Of a stretch of DNA of 64,000 nt, positions 34,849 through 47,514 are shown in pieces. Every line of letters starts with the position of its first letter. The stretch's first letter is position 1. The position numbers and the translations under genes were made by a program. The notes below the pieces were generated by a model. It saw only the letters and a list, made by a program, of their open reading frames with translations. It was not told where the DNA came from and did not search any database. This stretch comes from Eremomyces bilateralis CBS 781.70 (lineage: Eukaryota), in the NCBI GenBank assembly GCA_010015585.1, contig ML975149.1. One strand, given 5' to 3'.

Positions 34849-37800
34849 TCACCCCCTCAACTGCGCCCTCAACCCCCCCACCTCCCTCTTCAACCTCGCA
34901 TTCTCCCGCTTCAACCGCCCCGCATCCTCCGCCAACTCCTCCCTCCGTCTTCCCGCCTCCTTCGCCGCGTTCCCGCTCCCCTTCTGACACTCCTTCAGCA
35001 CCCGCTCCAACTCCTCGTTGAACTTGCCGTACAGCGCCTCGTTCTCCGCCGTCGCGTCGCGGTAGAGCTGGTCGAGGTGCTTGACTCGCGCTTCCGAGAC
35101 TTGGAGGCTGGAGTGGTAGTCGTTGGAAAGGGTCGCGAGGGCTTGTTGGATGGGGGTGGTGACGGCGCGGATGCGGGACTCGAGGGTGGCGATGCGGGTT
35201 TCGAGTTGCTTGAGGGCGGGGTTGATTGGACCGCTCGCATTTGGGATGCTGTTGGACGGTATGGACTGTCCATTGGAGGCGCCAGGTGCCGCGTTTCGCT
35301 TGACTCGCACGCTTCCGCCGGTGGGCCCGAGCGACTGCATCTCCTGCGAAATCTTATCCAGCTCCGTTTGCAACGCGGACTCGGTGTCACGCAGCGATTT
35401 CTGCTCGCTCTGAAGCCGTTCCCGCAGTTTGCTGGGGCTCTGCATCTTGAGTCTCTTGGTCGGGCTGCCCGTGGACGAAGGTGTCACAGGGGCAACGCCT
35501 TCGGACTTGCGGGGCGAGGAAGACGTGGTAGATACGAAAGACGAATTAGCGGTGCCGACATTGTGATCTTTCTCGGAAATAGGTGGGTGTTTGGCGATGT
35601 TGCCGGAGGTGGGCCGTTCGACCAATCCACCGTTCGGAACGCTGTGGCCACGGGAATGAGAACTACTGCTCAATCCGTATCGTGGGATGTTGGAGATGCT
35701 GTCCGTGCGGCGTTTGGCAGGGCTGTTGTTGGAGTCCTCGCTCTTCGCGCTGAGTGGACGAGGGCCTTTGGATGGACGGGGCAGTCCAGTGGGAGACAAC
35801 GGGTTGTTCTCCTTCTTTGGGCTGGCCGACCGACTGGGAGAGCCTGCACGAAGTGGACTCACTGCCCGAAGTGGGCTCCCGGCTCGAAGGGGCGAACCGC
35901 CACGTGAACTGACCAAAGGAATGGCGCTGGTTTTGAGAGGCGCAGGTACGCGAGGAGGTGAGGATAGGAGATCGTCATCCCATGATGGAGTGTGGTGGCC
36001 AGTTTCCACGTGTAGAGCGCGGAGATCGCTAAGACTGCTGCGGCGCTTCTTACGCGGAGGTGGTACGGTAGGTGTGGTCGAAACATTTTCCCCAATGGTG
36101 CTGAGCGGAGTGGAGCTTCCAGTGCCTTCGAAGGGGAATGCACCAAGCACCGTGGGTCGATCTCTAGAGACAGGACGTCTTGTGGCTAGGTCAAGTGTGA
36201 GAGAAGCGGCTACGTCGGTGGATTTGGACCGACTGAGACCAAAGTTGGTGTGAGCCTTGGACAATGATGAAGGTTGGCTTGATGTGTGGCCATGCTGGGG
36301 CCCCGTAGGATGATCATGAGACGATCCCTTCGTCTTGCTCAAGGATCTCCAGACAGACCCAAATCCAGATGACTCGTGATGATCGTCTTTGGATTTGCTG
36401 TTCTCCCTCGTCAAGCCGAATCCAAACCGTTTCCTGAGGCTGGTATTGCTCGTGAGGCTTCCAGTGTTCTTCGCCATATTTCTCGTCTCCGATGACACGG
36501 AGCTAGTCAGTGACGGGTGCGCACCACCGGACGAGACGGGACGCGCATCTCCAAAGAGTGCCTCCATATCTTCGATCAAGCGGTCAATGATATGCATGTA
36601 ATCATGCGGATTCCCATGAGACACAAGCACATCGGTAAAAGCAGCCGTGAGGATTCCCCGATCCGAGTCGTTACCAGTCCCATCCAGCAGCTCGGCAAGG
36701 AGTTTTATCATGGCCCTGAACGCTCGCTGGTTCTGCGGCGCCATGTCATTGAAGAGTTTCTTGAATAAAGTCTCGAAATTCCCTGCATACGTCCCAGGTC
36801 GCTCCATCCCGATCTGGATCTCCACCCAGTTTTGCTGAGGAACAACAGGACCCATCGCATCGCGCCATGCCATCTTCACAAACTTCTCGAACGCGGCGAA
36901 GAGCACGTCGACGGAGACTTGAGCGGCAAGCTGATGGTTCGCAGGATCGTCGAGAAGTGCGTTGTAGAGTTCATTGACGGCGAGCTCCGATGCAACGGCT
37001 CGATTCTGCAGAACGCGACCGACAACGTTACCTTTCCTCGAGTGAATCGCAAGGATGTAGCTGGAGAGAGTCTCCTCCAGCCTTGACAGCGAGTCTTCTG
37101 GACCAGCAGGGAACTTGATCCCCACCGTCGCCTTGGACGAGGCATCTGTTGGCGCCATATCCTTCGATCCAGGGCGGGACGACATATTTGAAGAGGAAGA
37201 ACCGGGAGGCAATGGCATTTTCGGAATGTCGCTCATATTCAGCGACGGCGTCGGCCGATGCTTTTTGGGGCTGGTCTCTCTACTGATGGCACCACCGAAA
37301 AGGGCAGAGAGTGCCTTCACCGGCGACGGGGCGCGAGGCTTGTCTTTAGCCGCATCGTCGTCGAGATCGGCGCTGCGGATTTTGAGCGACTGTAGGATGT
37401 GTTGATTCCGGAGTAACAGCGGGAGAGTCAGCGCCGGATTGCGGATCTGGGCTCGGAACTGATGCAGGTTGGACACTGATGGACCCATGGTCAATTACTG
37501 TCTGCATGAACATAAGGCTGGCAACGATAAGGAAGCCGAGAAGCGCGGCTTGCCAAAAGACGATGTAATAGGTGAAGAGCTCGCTGCCCGGCATTGTGAA
37601 GCCGAAGTTGTGGGGAGTGGATAATGTACGTGATAGAAATATGAGAGTTGTTGTCGTAGATGGGATGAGTGGGAAGTGAAAGGGAGATGAGTGACATAGA
37701 AGAGAGCACTTACCTCTTTTAACCAAAACAGGCATCAATTCACCTGCCTTCAAATGATCTCGACTCCCTTCGCTCCTTCCCGCGCCCTGCACCTCCAAGC

Positions 37801-39976
37801 GATAGAACCCCTCTTCCCCTTCTCCCATCACCGTCAAAGACACAAGCACATCCACCCCTTCGTCACCAGGATGCACCTTCAACGTCCCATGCTTGCTAGG
37901 ATCTATCACCACCTTCACCGTCGCAGGCGGCCCTCGACCGTTCTGAAACTCCACATTGGAGTCTTCGAAGACCGCAGAGAATACCTGGAGGTCGGCGGTG
38001 GATGTCGACCGCACTTCCCATTGCTGGGACTCTCGCTCTTTCTCGGTAAATCGGGATTCGACCCGGGCTCGGGTGATCTCCTCGAGCAGCCGGGTAGCTT
38101 TGCCTTCGTAGCTTCCGGTGAGTTGGTAGATGAGGACGTTGGAGCTGTGGTGAGAATAGCGGTCCGATGAGCCGGGGAGATTCGGGGTGCTGGGTTTGGA
38201 GGAGGGAGGGTGGGAGGAATTCAAGATGTGGATCCGCTTGCCGTCGTTCATCTCGGTGATGTCGATAGAGTGGAGTGGGTAGAGCCGCAAGAAGTCTAAT
38301 TGCAGGCCAGAGGCTTCCGGTGGTTCGGGGATCATGACTCCTGGATTGTCGAGTTTCGTCTTCAAGCTATTCGCCGTCATCACCCCTCTTGAGCGTTTTC
38401 GAAGTGCGACAATGCAGTCCGTAAAGAGAAGTAGAATTCCCGGGTGAGCCTTCAGTCCCAGTTCGGATCTGTAGGGTGGTGCCAGGCTTATGACATCCAC
38501 CGCTGTAATGAACCGGCCCTTGATCGGCAGATCCAGGGGGACATGGTTGGCCGACTTCCGTAGCTCTTCTAGCGTTTGGTTGAGTCCGATCGACGCGCTC
38601 TCTCTCGAGCAGATTTCAGAAATGATGTCTCGTGCTTTCAGAAAGTGGCGGACGGCAGAATGCTTGACGGGGAGTTGCTTGATGATGTTGTCGATGTACA
38701 ACGTGTAGCGAGGAAGCCGCTGGACCGGCTCGATGAGCATCGACATCATCCGCTGTTCGCCGTGGTCATGGATGCGCTTCGAGAAGCTTGACCCCGTCGC
38801 CTTCATGAAGACTTTTAGATGTTGAGTGAAGTTGGCGTGCGCCGCAATGTAGTTAGGGTAACATTCGGAGAATTTCGGGAACCACTCGACCATGCACTTC
38901 GCGACATCAAGGGCTCCGGTGACATCCCTCTCTTTCGGCTGGGTGGTACCAGAACAGTATGGGGCTAGGTCATCGAGCGTCTCCTGAATGTCCTGGATCG
39001 CGTCGTTCTCTGTATCCTCCAAGAGTTTCCGCATCGCGTTCAAGTAGCCGGAATTCATTTCGACGATCTTGTCAAGACTCGGGGGGAAGAGTCCTTCCAA
39101 CGCCTGTTCGCCAGGAGAGGTGCTCTCCGGAGACTTTCCTCGTGCCCGCTGACGGAAGTCCTCAGCCACGCTGTGGAGAAGGTCCCACGTCTTGCTCACG
39201 TAGCTTTCTTCGGTGTCGAGCAATTCGCACATTTCTCTGCGAAGATTCTCCTTCTGTCTGCGCGAGAAGGCGAGGCTGCGATCGAGGCCGGGTTTCGACG
39301 GCGCGCGTCGCAGCTTGGAGGTGGGAAGAAATGCCGCTTCGCCGAACAGGGGGACGAGCTGCGCATATTGGCCGAAGCGCTCATTGAGAATATCTTCATC
39401 GGTGAGGTCGAGGGATTCTCTTGTATTCATACCCACTTCCTTCATGGAGTCCGGAGGCATCACGACATCCATATCGATCCAACTTAAGGTCTGCTCGGCG
39501 AGCGCTTGTCTCACATCCTTGATCACGTCCTCTACATTATCCACCTTGATCATCCTCGCCGCTAGAATCGCGGCATGATTCTCGCTGAAGAGTCGGGGCG
39601 CGGACGGGAGTCGACCGATCGGATTGGGGAGGGATTGCCATGCGTGCTTTACACCATCGGGCAGTTCGGCGAAGTATTTAAAGAGCGAGAAGGCCAAGCC
39701 GCGACATATCTCGTCGCCCTGTTCCTCGCGAGGAAGACAGTGGACAGCAGCGTAGAACGGGCTACTGGGAGAGATGGCGAGTCGGGGGTAGGAAACCAGG
39801 CCAGCAGGCGTGAAAACATGGCTTTGGATTCGTGATGCGGCGGCGTTGGCGGTGGTGGTTGCGGAGGTGCCGTAGAAGATGATGATGGGAGATCTCGAGA
39901 GCAGCTCGTCGACCACGTAGAACACAGCGAGGTTCTCTGACGAGAGAGTTGGTGGTGGAGGCGTGATGACCACCAT
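34849..39976 (-). CDS. BUD3: Large Rho guanine nucleotide exchange factor (DH domain, C-terminal coiled coil), Bud3/Gef2-like; one intron about 37476-37711
   Basis: LRREMCELLDTEESYVSK, MLIEPVQRLPRYTLYIDNI (DH domain), Ser/Pro-rich middle region, coiled coil ENEALYGKFNEEL...LKREVGGLRAQLRG; Bud3 orthology inferred from architecture only. Confidence 0.75.
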
Positions 39977-40609
39977 CGTGATGGTGTTCGGTGGATCACG
40001 TCTCAGTGTGGTTCCAAATGAGTGAGAAGGGAAAGCAAGAAGATTCAACTCCAGTCAACCTTCAATTGCATTTTCGACGGCGTCAACCGAACGGAACGAG
40101 CGTGTCTACCGTAACGAACGAGATCTTGAATGAAAGGAACGACTCGTGATGGCGGTTGCTGTGAGGCGGTAAATGTAAACAAAGCCCGGGAACTGTTGAG
40201 GATATAATGGAACCACGGCAGGAGAAGTTGGCCTGTTCGACGGCGGCGAAGCGGAACAGGCGCGCTGCAGTGGAATGGTGTAACGGGAGACTGCAGGAGT
40301 GGTTAATAAACGCGGTTTCAGGCTGATGCTGTAGTTAGTGATCACAGAAGGAAGAGATTGAAAACACCTAGTGGAGAAGTGTAAACAATGCGGCAATTAG
40401 CGTTGTCGGGATAATAATAATAGTAGGCGAGAAGCTAAAACCTCCAACCACCAATCCGATGAATGCTGCTAAAGTCCAAAAGTCCATTGAATCGGAGCTA
40501 AGCTAAATCATTATTCGATTTCTTCAATGATTGGCTTTCTTATACTATGTCGCGCAAGTTAAGCAAGCTTAAACCCTGACAGCTGTCGTGGAACCAATTC
40601 GTCGCTGTT

Positions 40610-40626
40610 TCGCGTGTTGACGCGTC
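40610..40626. promoter_or_regulatory. MCB-like cell-cycle boxes (TCGCGT, ACGCGT) between the RhoGEF gene and DCC1
   Basis: ACGCGT at 40620-40625 plus an adjacent CGCGT, about 135 bp upstream of the DCC1 ATG. Confidence 0.5.
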
Positions 40627-40759
40627 AAAAATAGTATCACCACCGATGATCAAACCGACCACCGGCCCTGACTAGCCAACATCTGTATCACGACCTTCAC
40701 TGTAGACAGAATCAACCGTTGCAACTCGGAATACATACCTTCGAAGTTCGAATCTCAAC

Positions 40760-41910
40760 ATGAGTGCCACATCCAAGAGCATCCCGCTTTCACTAGCCCA
40801 TGAACAACAAGGCTTCCGGCTTCTCGAGCTCCCAGACGAACTCGTCGACCTGCTCAAGAAGCCGAACCCCCCAATGTAATCACCCTTAGAACCCCTTCTC
40901 TTCTCCATCATACAAACAAACAGTACTAACCCCTCCAAGCCTCCAACTCAAATCCGCTGCCCCCAACCCCTCCCAAAAAACCTCCACCATCAACGGTCCC
41001 CCCGCTGTCCTCTGCACCCCCTCCCAAACCTACCACGTCCGCCAACTCCAAACCTCCAACTCCATCCACCTCACTCTCCCTCACCCCACTACCGATAAAC
41101 ACGCCGCTCCCACCACCGAACTCCTCGCCCTCGCCACCTGCTCCTCCACCGTCGAACTCCTCCCTGCCCCCTCCGCCGCCCTCCCCGCCCTCTGCGCCCT
41201 CCTTCCCATCTGGTCCGCCCTCCTCCCCTCCGATGCGCCCCTCGCCGACGATTTACGCGCCACCCTGCCCGACCAAGCGCATGTCTTCGCCCGCGTACCG
41301 TTCTCGCAGGGAGAGTGCCTAGATGCGTGGAGGGAGCTCGGGGCGTTCGAGTGGCGGGGCGGGGTGTTTCGCGCGTCGATGGAGGATCGGGTGCGGTTGT
41401 GGGGCGCGGTGGTAGATGCGTGTGTGATTGAGGGGTTTGTGTTGGGGGAGATGTTTCAGGTGGGGGAGCTGTGGGCGTTGGTGGAGGAGGTGGGGGTGCC
41501 GAGGGGGATGCTGGAGGGGTTGATAGGGCAGCTGGCGCCGATGGGGGAGGAGGGGATGGATGAGTGGGGGGTGGTGGATGAGCGGCGGGCGGTAAGGTGG
41601 GTGGGTGCGGCGTTGTTGGAGACGCTGGCGAGGGATCAGAGGGTGGATAGGATGAAGTTCCTGGAGCAGTGGAAGGAAAAGTTGCCGGAGAAATGGACGA
41701 AGTCGGTTGATATTGAGTTGCTGAAGGTAATCCTTCCCATGGTTTTACGAACTATTGCAGCGCTAACGTGAATCGTAGGATATCTCGACAAGCCCGACAC
41801 CATCGACCATCTCGTTCAAAGATCCAAATACCCCGGCAGCGGAAGCGGCTGAAGGGAAACCCGGCAAGCGGAAGTGGCATGAGAGATTCGCTGCCATGCG
41901 AAAACGATGA
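40760..41910 (+). CDS. DCC1: Sister chromatid cohesion protein Dcc1 (Ctf18-RFC subunit); 2 introns
   Basis: QGFRLLELPDELVDLL, AVLCTPSQTYHVRQLQTSNSIHL, FLEQWKEKLPEKW, C-terminal KRKWHERFA. Confidence 0.88.
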
Positions 41911-42301
41911 AGTTTACGATCCCAATCATGAGAATTTGTGTCAGCCATCATGTCTAATTAAGACTAGCTATGTGAATACGTAGACGACATGCCAATTCGG
42001 GCTATCCGGGTATGATACAGATATTCTATAGATATACTACCTAGTCTATGCTATCAGACAAAGCTATTGTGAGCGAAGCAATGTAAGTACGTACTATGAT
42101 GATACCTGACCGCAACGAAAACCAAGACCGAGATGCTATCAATGCAGCCATGTGCTAACTCCTTGCTGCCATCAGCATCCAGTCTTTACGAGAACAACTC
42201 CAAACTCAATCTTCGTCCATCCTATTTCCAACATTCAAAGCAGTCCCATCTCTTCCAACCTTCGATTCCCACGAACGAAATGAATCTCGTGACCCTATGA
42301 C

Positions 42302-43330
42302 CTATCGTATTCCAACCCCCGACCCCCGCAGTGAAATCTCCATCTGATCATCCCCGAAGTCGAATCCAGAACTTGTCTGAGAGAAATCGTGGGCGCCATC
42401 GGGAGCCACAGCAGCTGCACCAGCGTCATTATAATCAAGAGAAAGCAGAAGAATCTCCTCGAACAATCTCTGGTGCGCGATACTCGGGCTCGGATATGGT
42501 CTATTGTCCATGGCCAAGCAACGGGGATAAATGGGTTTATCCGGCGGCAGGAAGTATTCCAAGTGAATATCTTCGTCATTGCACTCGTAGGTGTTCAAGG
42601 CTGCCTGGATCCTCACGGGTGAGTGATGCTGCTGTTGTAGAACTGGGTGGCGAGATCGTCGAGTTGAAGTGGGAGACGACGGGTGCGTATTCGTCAGGGA
42701 AAAGAGAACATGAGGAAGATTCTTCTTCTCCCAGTGTGCCCCTTGCGGTTTCATTTGCGATGAGATGTTCTTGCTCGGTCTCAACTGTGGTGTTGATTTC
42801 TTGGCCAGTGGCCTCAATGTTGACTATAGTGGAGGGACTATCTACGGTGGATGTCGCCTCATTAAGTGCTATTGGTGGTCTCTAATACTATGTTAGCTAT
42901 TTATCAGTCATTGTAAAGGAGATTGGCGCCACCATCATACTGTTTAATTCGTTCTTCGTTATTGTCCCTCTTCCTCCTGTATGGGGGATGTTGACTTTTC
43001 TTCTTCGATTCCGATCAGATCAGTGATGCCGGGTTCTCCCGTCTGGATGAGCCACTGGTTCTCAGGGGGCTCTGACACAGTCCACATGCCCAATGATAGA
43101 GATGTCATTTTCGGTATGGAGGAAACGAGTAGAGTAGGCTTTGATGCAAGTAGCTTGAAACCAGTTTTCAGTGTGTTCAGAGCGTACATCGATGTTCCTG
43201 TAAGTTGATAGAGGAGAGAAGTTGATAATAGGTGAGGAAATGTCAACATGTTCAGTGAGACCCGCTTCATATTCACCCCCTACCCCGTTCCTAACACCAT
43301 GGGCAAGACATGTTTTAACCATTTGCAAAG
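42302..43330 (-). pseudogene. Frameshifted orphan gene, paralogue A
   Basis: Acidic low-complexity N-terminus; C-terminal domain IQAALNTYEC...LEYFLPPDKPIYPRCLAMDNRPYPSPSIAH, reached only through frameshifts. Confidence 0.5.
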
Positions 43331-43956
43331 AAGAGCTGCGCATACAATTACAAATATACGCCTACGAAGCTTATTCATTGTTTTGCTAGAATTGTTGTCG
43401 CTATGGAGTACTGAAAAAATTAATTCGACGAGAATCTATTCATTTGCGCATATTTGTATACCTCCGCTATAGCACTTAGTATCTACCAACTGGCGGTGGC
43501 TAGGTACATCAATATATAATGCTCGATTTGAGTACGTAGTAAGAGTGATGAAATCTAGAAACCAAAGTTGCTCAGTTTTCTGTTTACGACCACCGTTCCG
43601 GAGAGTGTTGCGTTATATGGGGGATATGAGGCGCCTTAGACGCCGATTCTACTGACAACTGGTCGTCTAAGGCACCCCCTCAAATTTATAAACTCGAATA
43701 TTAAAATTACAGTAATCCGGTCTATCGGTGGTGTCATTGTATCGTAATTGTTCGCCAGACCGGGCTGGAGAGCAAATCTCAGCGGTGGACTGCTGATGTC
43801 TACGACTGCAAGGGGGTGGCGGTGGCTGTGCACCTCCACTCGGTGTGTTCCAAGTGCCTTGAACTGTTTAATCGGACGTCAACCACCGTGGCTCTGTTGA
43901 ACGGCTCATGCAATGTAACATAAAAGAATTATAGGAATACACGAATAATTGACGAG

Positions 43957-45022
43957 TTATGCTAATTGGATATATCCGTTACGTACAGCTTTGTAAATAT
44001 ATAGAGACTGAGCGGTGAGCGCAGGCTCATCATCAGAGGAAATGTCTTCGAACTTGTAAGTCGAATCATTATCGTCGAGGCCACTCGTGGAACAGAGTCC
44101 AGAGGGATGTCCCGTGATATGTGATGAGAGTTGGAACACTGGCCGCAAGTCCTCATGGGACTTCGATGGACTTGGGCAGAGATTGTCTACGGCGGAGAAA
44201 CATGGATATCTGGGAGTATCTTCTGGGAGGGAGTAGGAGAGATATAACTCATAGCCGTTTCTGTAGCAGTGTATCCGCAATGCACGTTCAATTGCTACAG
44301 TGCGAGCAATATTGCCGCTGCAGAAGGCACCCTCAAGTTCTTTGAGTTTATAGGTTGACCAGGTAGCAGTGTAGGCGTCTCCATCCACCCAGACGTTGTA
44401 ATCATCTGGGTTTGGTGAACTATCCCCACGAAGAAAGTCAGAGCAGCCACGAATATTTGGAAGGAACTTACTTCCCTCTGAGGTGTCGACATATCTTGGA
44501 GGTCAGTGGCATCAGGATCCTCTAGCCCTGCCTCGGTATTATCAGCTAGAGAAGAAACCTCAAGCTCAGAAGCAATAGAGACCTGGATGTTAGTGACATC
44601 AGGACGTTCTAACTCCGCCTTGGTGTCCTCAGCTGGAAAATAGGTCTTAGGCTCAGAAGCAATAGAGCCCACATTTTGGAGAGTCATCTCAATAGGGATC
44701 GTAGCTTTATCAGTGATGGAACCATCTGCTGCGACGGTTGTAACCTGGGTATAGAAGGGAGATCCCCCTAACTCACTATCTCATTCATCGAGACCACATC
44801 AGCATCTTGGAGATATAGCCCATCATGGTTCTCTATTTGCTCGTTAGCGAGTGCCAGTATCAAGTCATTTAGCATGCTACTTGCCTTCTCGCTCTGCTTC
44901 TTCTGGAATTAGAAGCTCGAGTTCGTCCTCTTCGTCTCCGTATGCATTGAAGATAAGCGCTTTGCTTTCTCTGTCCAATCCTCATGGGATGCCGCAGCTG
45001 TAGACGAAAATAATGAGGACAT
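43957..45022 (-). pseudogene. Orphan gene with premature stop, paralogue B
   Basis: ATG 45022, in-frame TAA 44909-44911, introns about 44745-44777 and 44406-44471, acidic repeats, C-terminal IERALRIHC...LSYSLPEDTPRYPCFSAVDNLCPSPSKSH. Confidence 0.5.
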
Positions 45023-47514
45023 AATGGATGATTTCAGTGGTAGCTGTTGTGTAAAGTCTGTGTTCAGTGAGAGCAAAACGAGTATTGCCAAGCGTTGACA
45101 ATGTGGGCTATACTTTTATTAAGGAAATATTTAATGGACATGAGAGATGTAAACACAGAATAAGAGGTGGATGAGAGGAGCCATCAGGAAGTGTAGAGGC
45201 CCGATTCCTTCACATGTCCACACCACAGGAGCAGACTTCGAACCATGATGAAAACAAAACAACCCGATCCTCTATCGAAGGCTCCATCAATGTGTTTACC
45301 TGACCAAATTATAACGCAACACTAGCAATGCTCACTAGCTCGTTGACAACCTACATCATTTCCCCCTCTATATCCACGCGAGTGTCGATTACCATAGTCA
45401 CGTGCCTATTTCTTCGCAATGGGAGTAAGGTGAAGTTTCCGCAATTTCTCGACTCCATTGTGGCGTTCGTCGCATTCCTCTTTTCAGGTGTTCTTCAGTG
45501 CCCCTGCTAGCAACTGAATGGTGAATCATGATCATATACAGCAGATACTAGGGCCCAAGGTTGCTAACGAACGCGCCAGAGCATCTTAGTTTTGCAAGTG
45601 ACCAGAGACCAATTGGTGCCACTGTTCAAGGCTCCTGTTTGCCCTACTATTTCAGGACATTCAACCAGTGCAATTGGTGGCATATTGAACCTAAAACTCG
45701 TGGCCAGTTGGGACACTGACTTGCCCAGCAGCGATCTAAGATTTGTCCGGTTGAAGCGATATTGATTCATCGGATACCCTCACCCAAGAAATCGATTGGC
45801 CAGCCAGCCATCCCAAGCGACCCCTACAAGCGTACACTGGGATGCGAATTGGTTCGGATTCGAGATAATCGATGATACATTGATATGTTGCATTCCGAAG
45901 CCTGGGAATCCCGAATCTCTCGGCGATCCGGAACCTGGAGAATGCACCTATTAGGTATATAAGACGACCTTCTAACCAATATAACCACTGACAGTGACTG
46001 ATAGCTAGTCTTCGGGTTCGGCCGAGGGTGGTACCACTGCTACAACCGAAAGTGTTGAAACACTGGCGTCTTATGGAGACCGGGGAGTTGTTAAAACTAT
46101 AAGCCCATGAATTTATGGCTGCAGAGACGAACAAATGCAAGGGACTCCTTGAATGGATGCAAAAACTGCCCCGAAAGACTATATATAAACTTCAATATAA
46201 ATGGTCTCTTCGAAAACGCAAGGCGATGAGGACTCGGAACAAACAATACTAAGACTAAAACAGAGCATTATACACCCAGAAACGCGGCTTCAAATAGAGT
46301 TAGGTACAATAAATCAACTCCGAAAAACAGTGATATAGTAATCTTCGAACATCTTTTCATATACAGGAGTCTAGCTCACAATATTCGTCAAAAGGAAATT
46401 GGGGTGTATATCAGAAGCATTGTGAGTTATAGTCCAATTGAACATGCTTAAAGCAAAAATAAGACGAAAATATGGCAAAGGTTTGATAATGCACCCATGA
46501 AGAACTTTTCTGCAGTCTGATTAAAGAGTCATTAATAGGGAATTCACATCCAGCCCACGGAGGAATTGCACCGACCTACTTATGATACCCAGGTCTAGCA
46601 ATTAACCCCTGATTATGAAATCAATCAAGCGCAACGCAAATTGCAGTCAGGTTCTTCACCAGGAACTTTCAGGGAACCTCACAACCTCTCGGTCAAAATA
46701 TAGCCGCATGGCAGCCATGTCAGTCTACCAAATCGCTTATGGCACTTGAAGCCTGTGTCATCAGCATACGACCATCCCGTTCGAAATCATTCTTCAAGAT
46801 AGGCTGTTACTATCGATGCCATATCCTGGCCGCCACAGGAGATATTCATCGCAAGGATAACAACGGAACTGAGTCAACGATGCTAGTTGCCTCGGACTCA
46901 CTATGGGTGACCCCCTCTGCTGGGTGTTTGCTCCTGGGGTTCTCGATTATGGAGGTTCCATGGCACTTCGGGTAGAAGGTTTAGGGTTAGCGTCTTCCAG
47001 GAGCAAAGAAGAGACAAAATTCACAGCGGCTGGTATCATAGGCAATCAAGGAACTGAGTCATTTGAATGATATGCTGAACTGTGCCTCAAAGCTAGTTCG
47101 GAATAGGATATGAACTGAACGACAAGCTCGTATCGCAGCTTTGGATTGCACCAGCGCAAAGAGAGTCGAGATGGCATTATGACAGTTGTCAATTTTTACA
47201 GCCTAAGCCTCTAAATATCTGGAATCATATCTTCGGTTATTTCACATTTTAGAAATAGCGATATCGGGCAGAACATCTTCCTAGTCATTATCGAAGGAGG
47301 TTTATTTAAGCTCACGAGAGATAAAAGTGGAGTGGCTCTGCCCCTCCGACCCTGGCCGCGGTTGGTGTATCGTGAATCATCACGCAATCTCCCACCAACA
47401 TCCCCCGCTTGACCTGAACAGTGCATGACGAGCAATTAGATATTCCACTGGTTTCCTTATCTCGGACCGCTTTGACAAGTTTGACATAAATATCGAAACG
47501 TTCCTCCAATTCGT

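Noticed and set aside
45235..45246. GGTTCGAAG B-box-like word on the minus strand suggesting a tRNA
   Set aside because: No cloverleaf stems or A-box found around it
46764..46776. CATACGACCAT resembles the 5' end of fungal 5S rRNA
   Set aside because: The match stops after about 11 nt; no internal control region or 3' stem follows
46979..46992. TTAGGGTTAG telomere-like word
   Set aside because: Fewer than two full repeats; expected by chance
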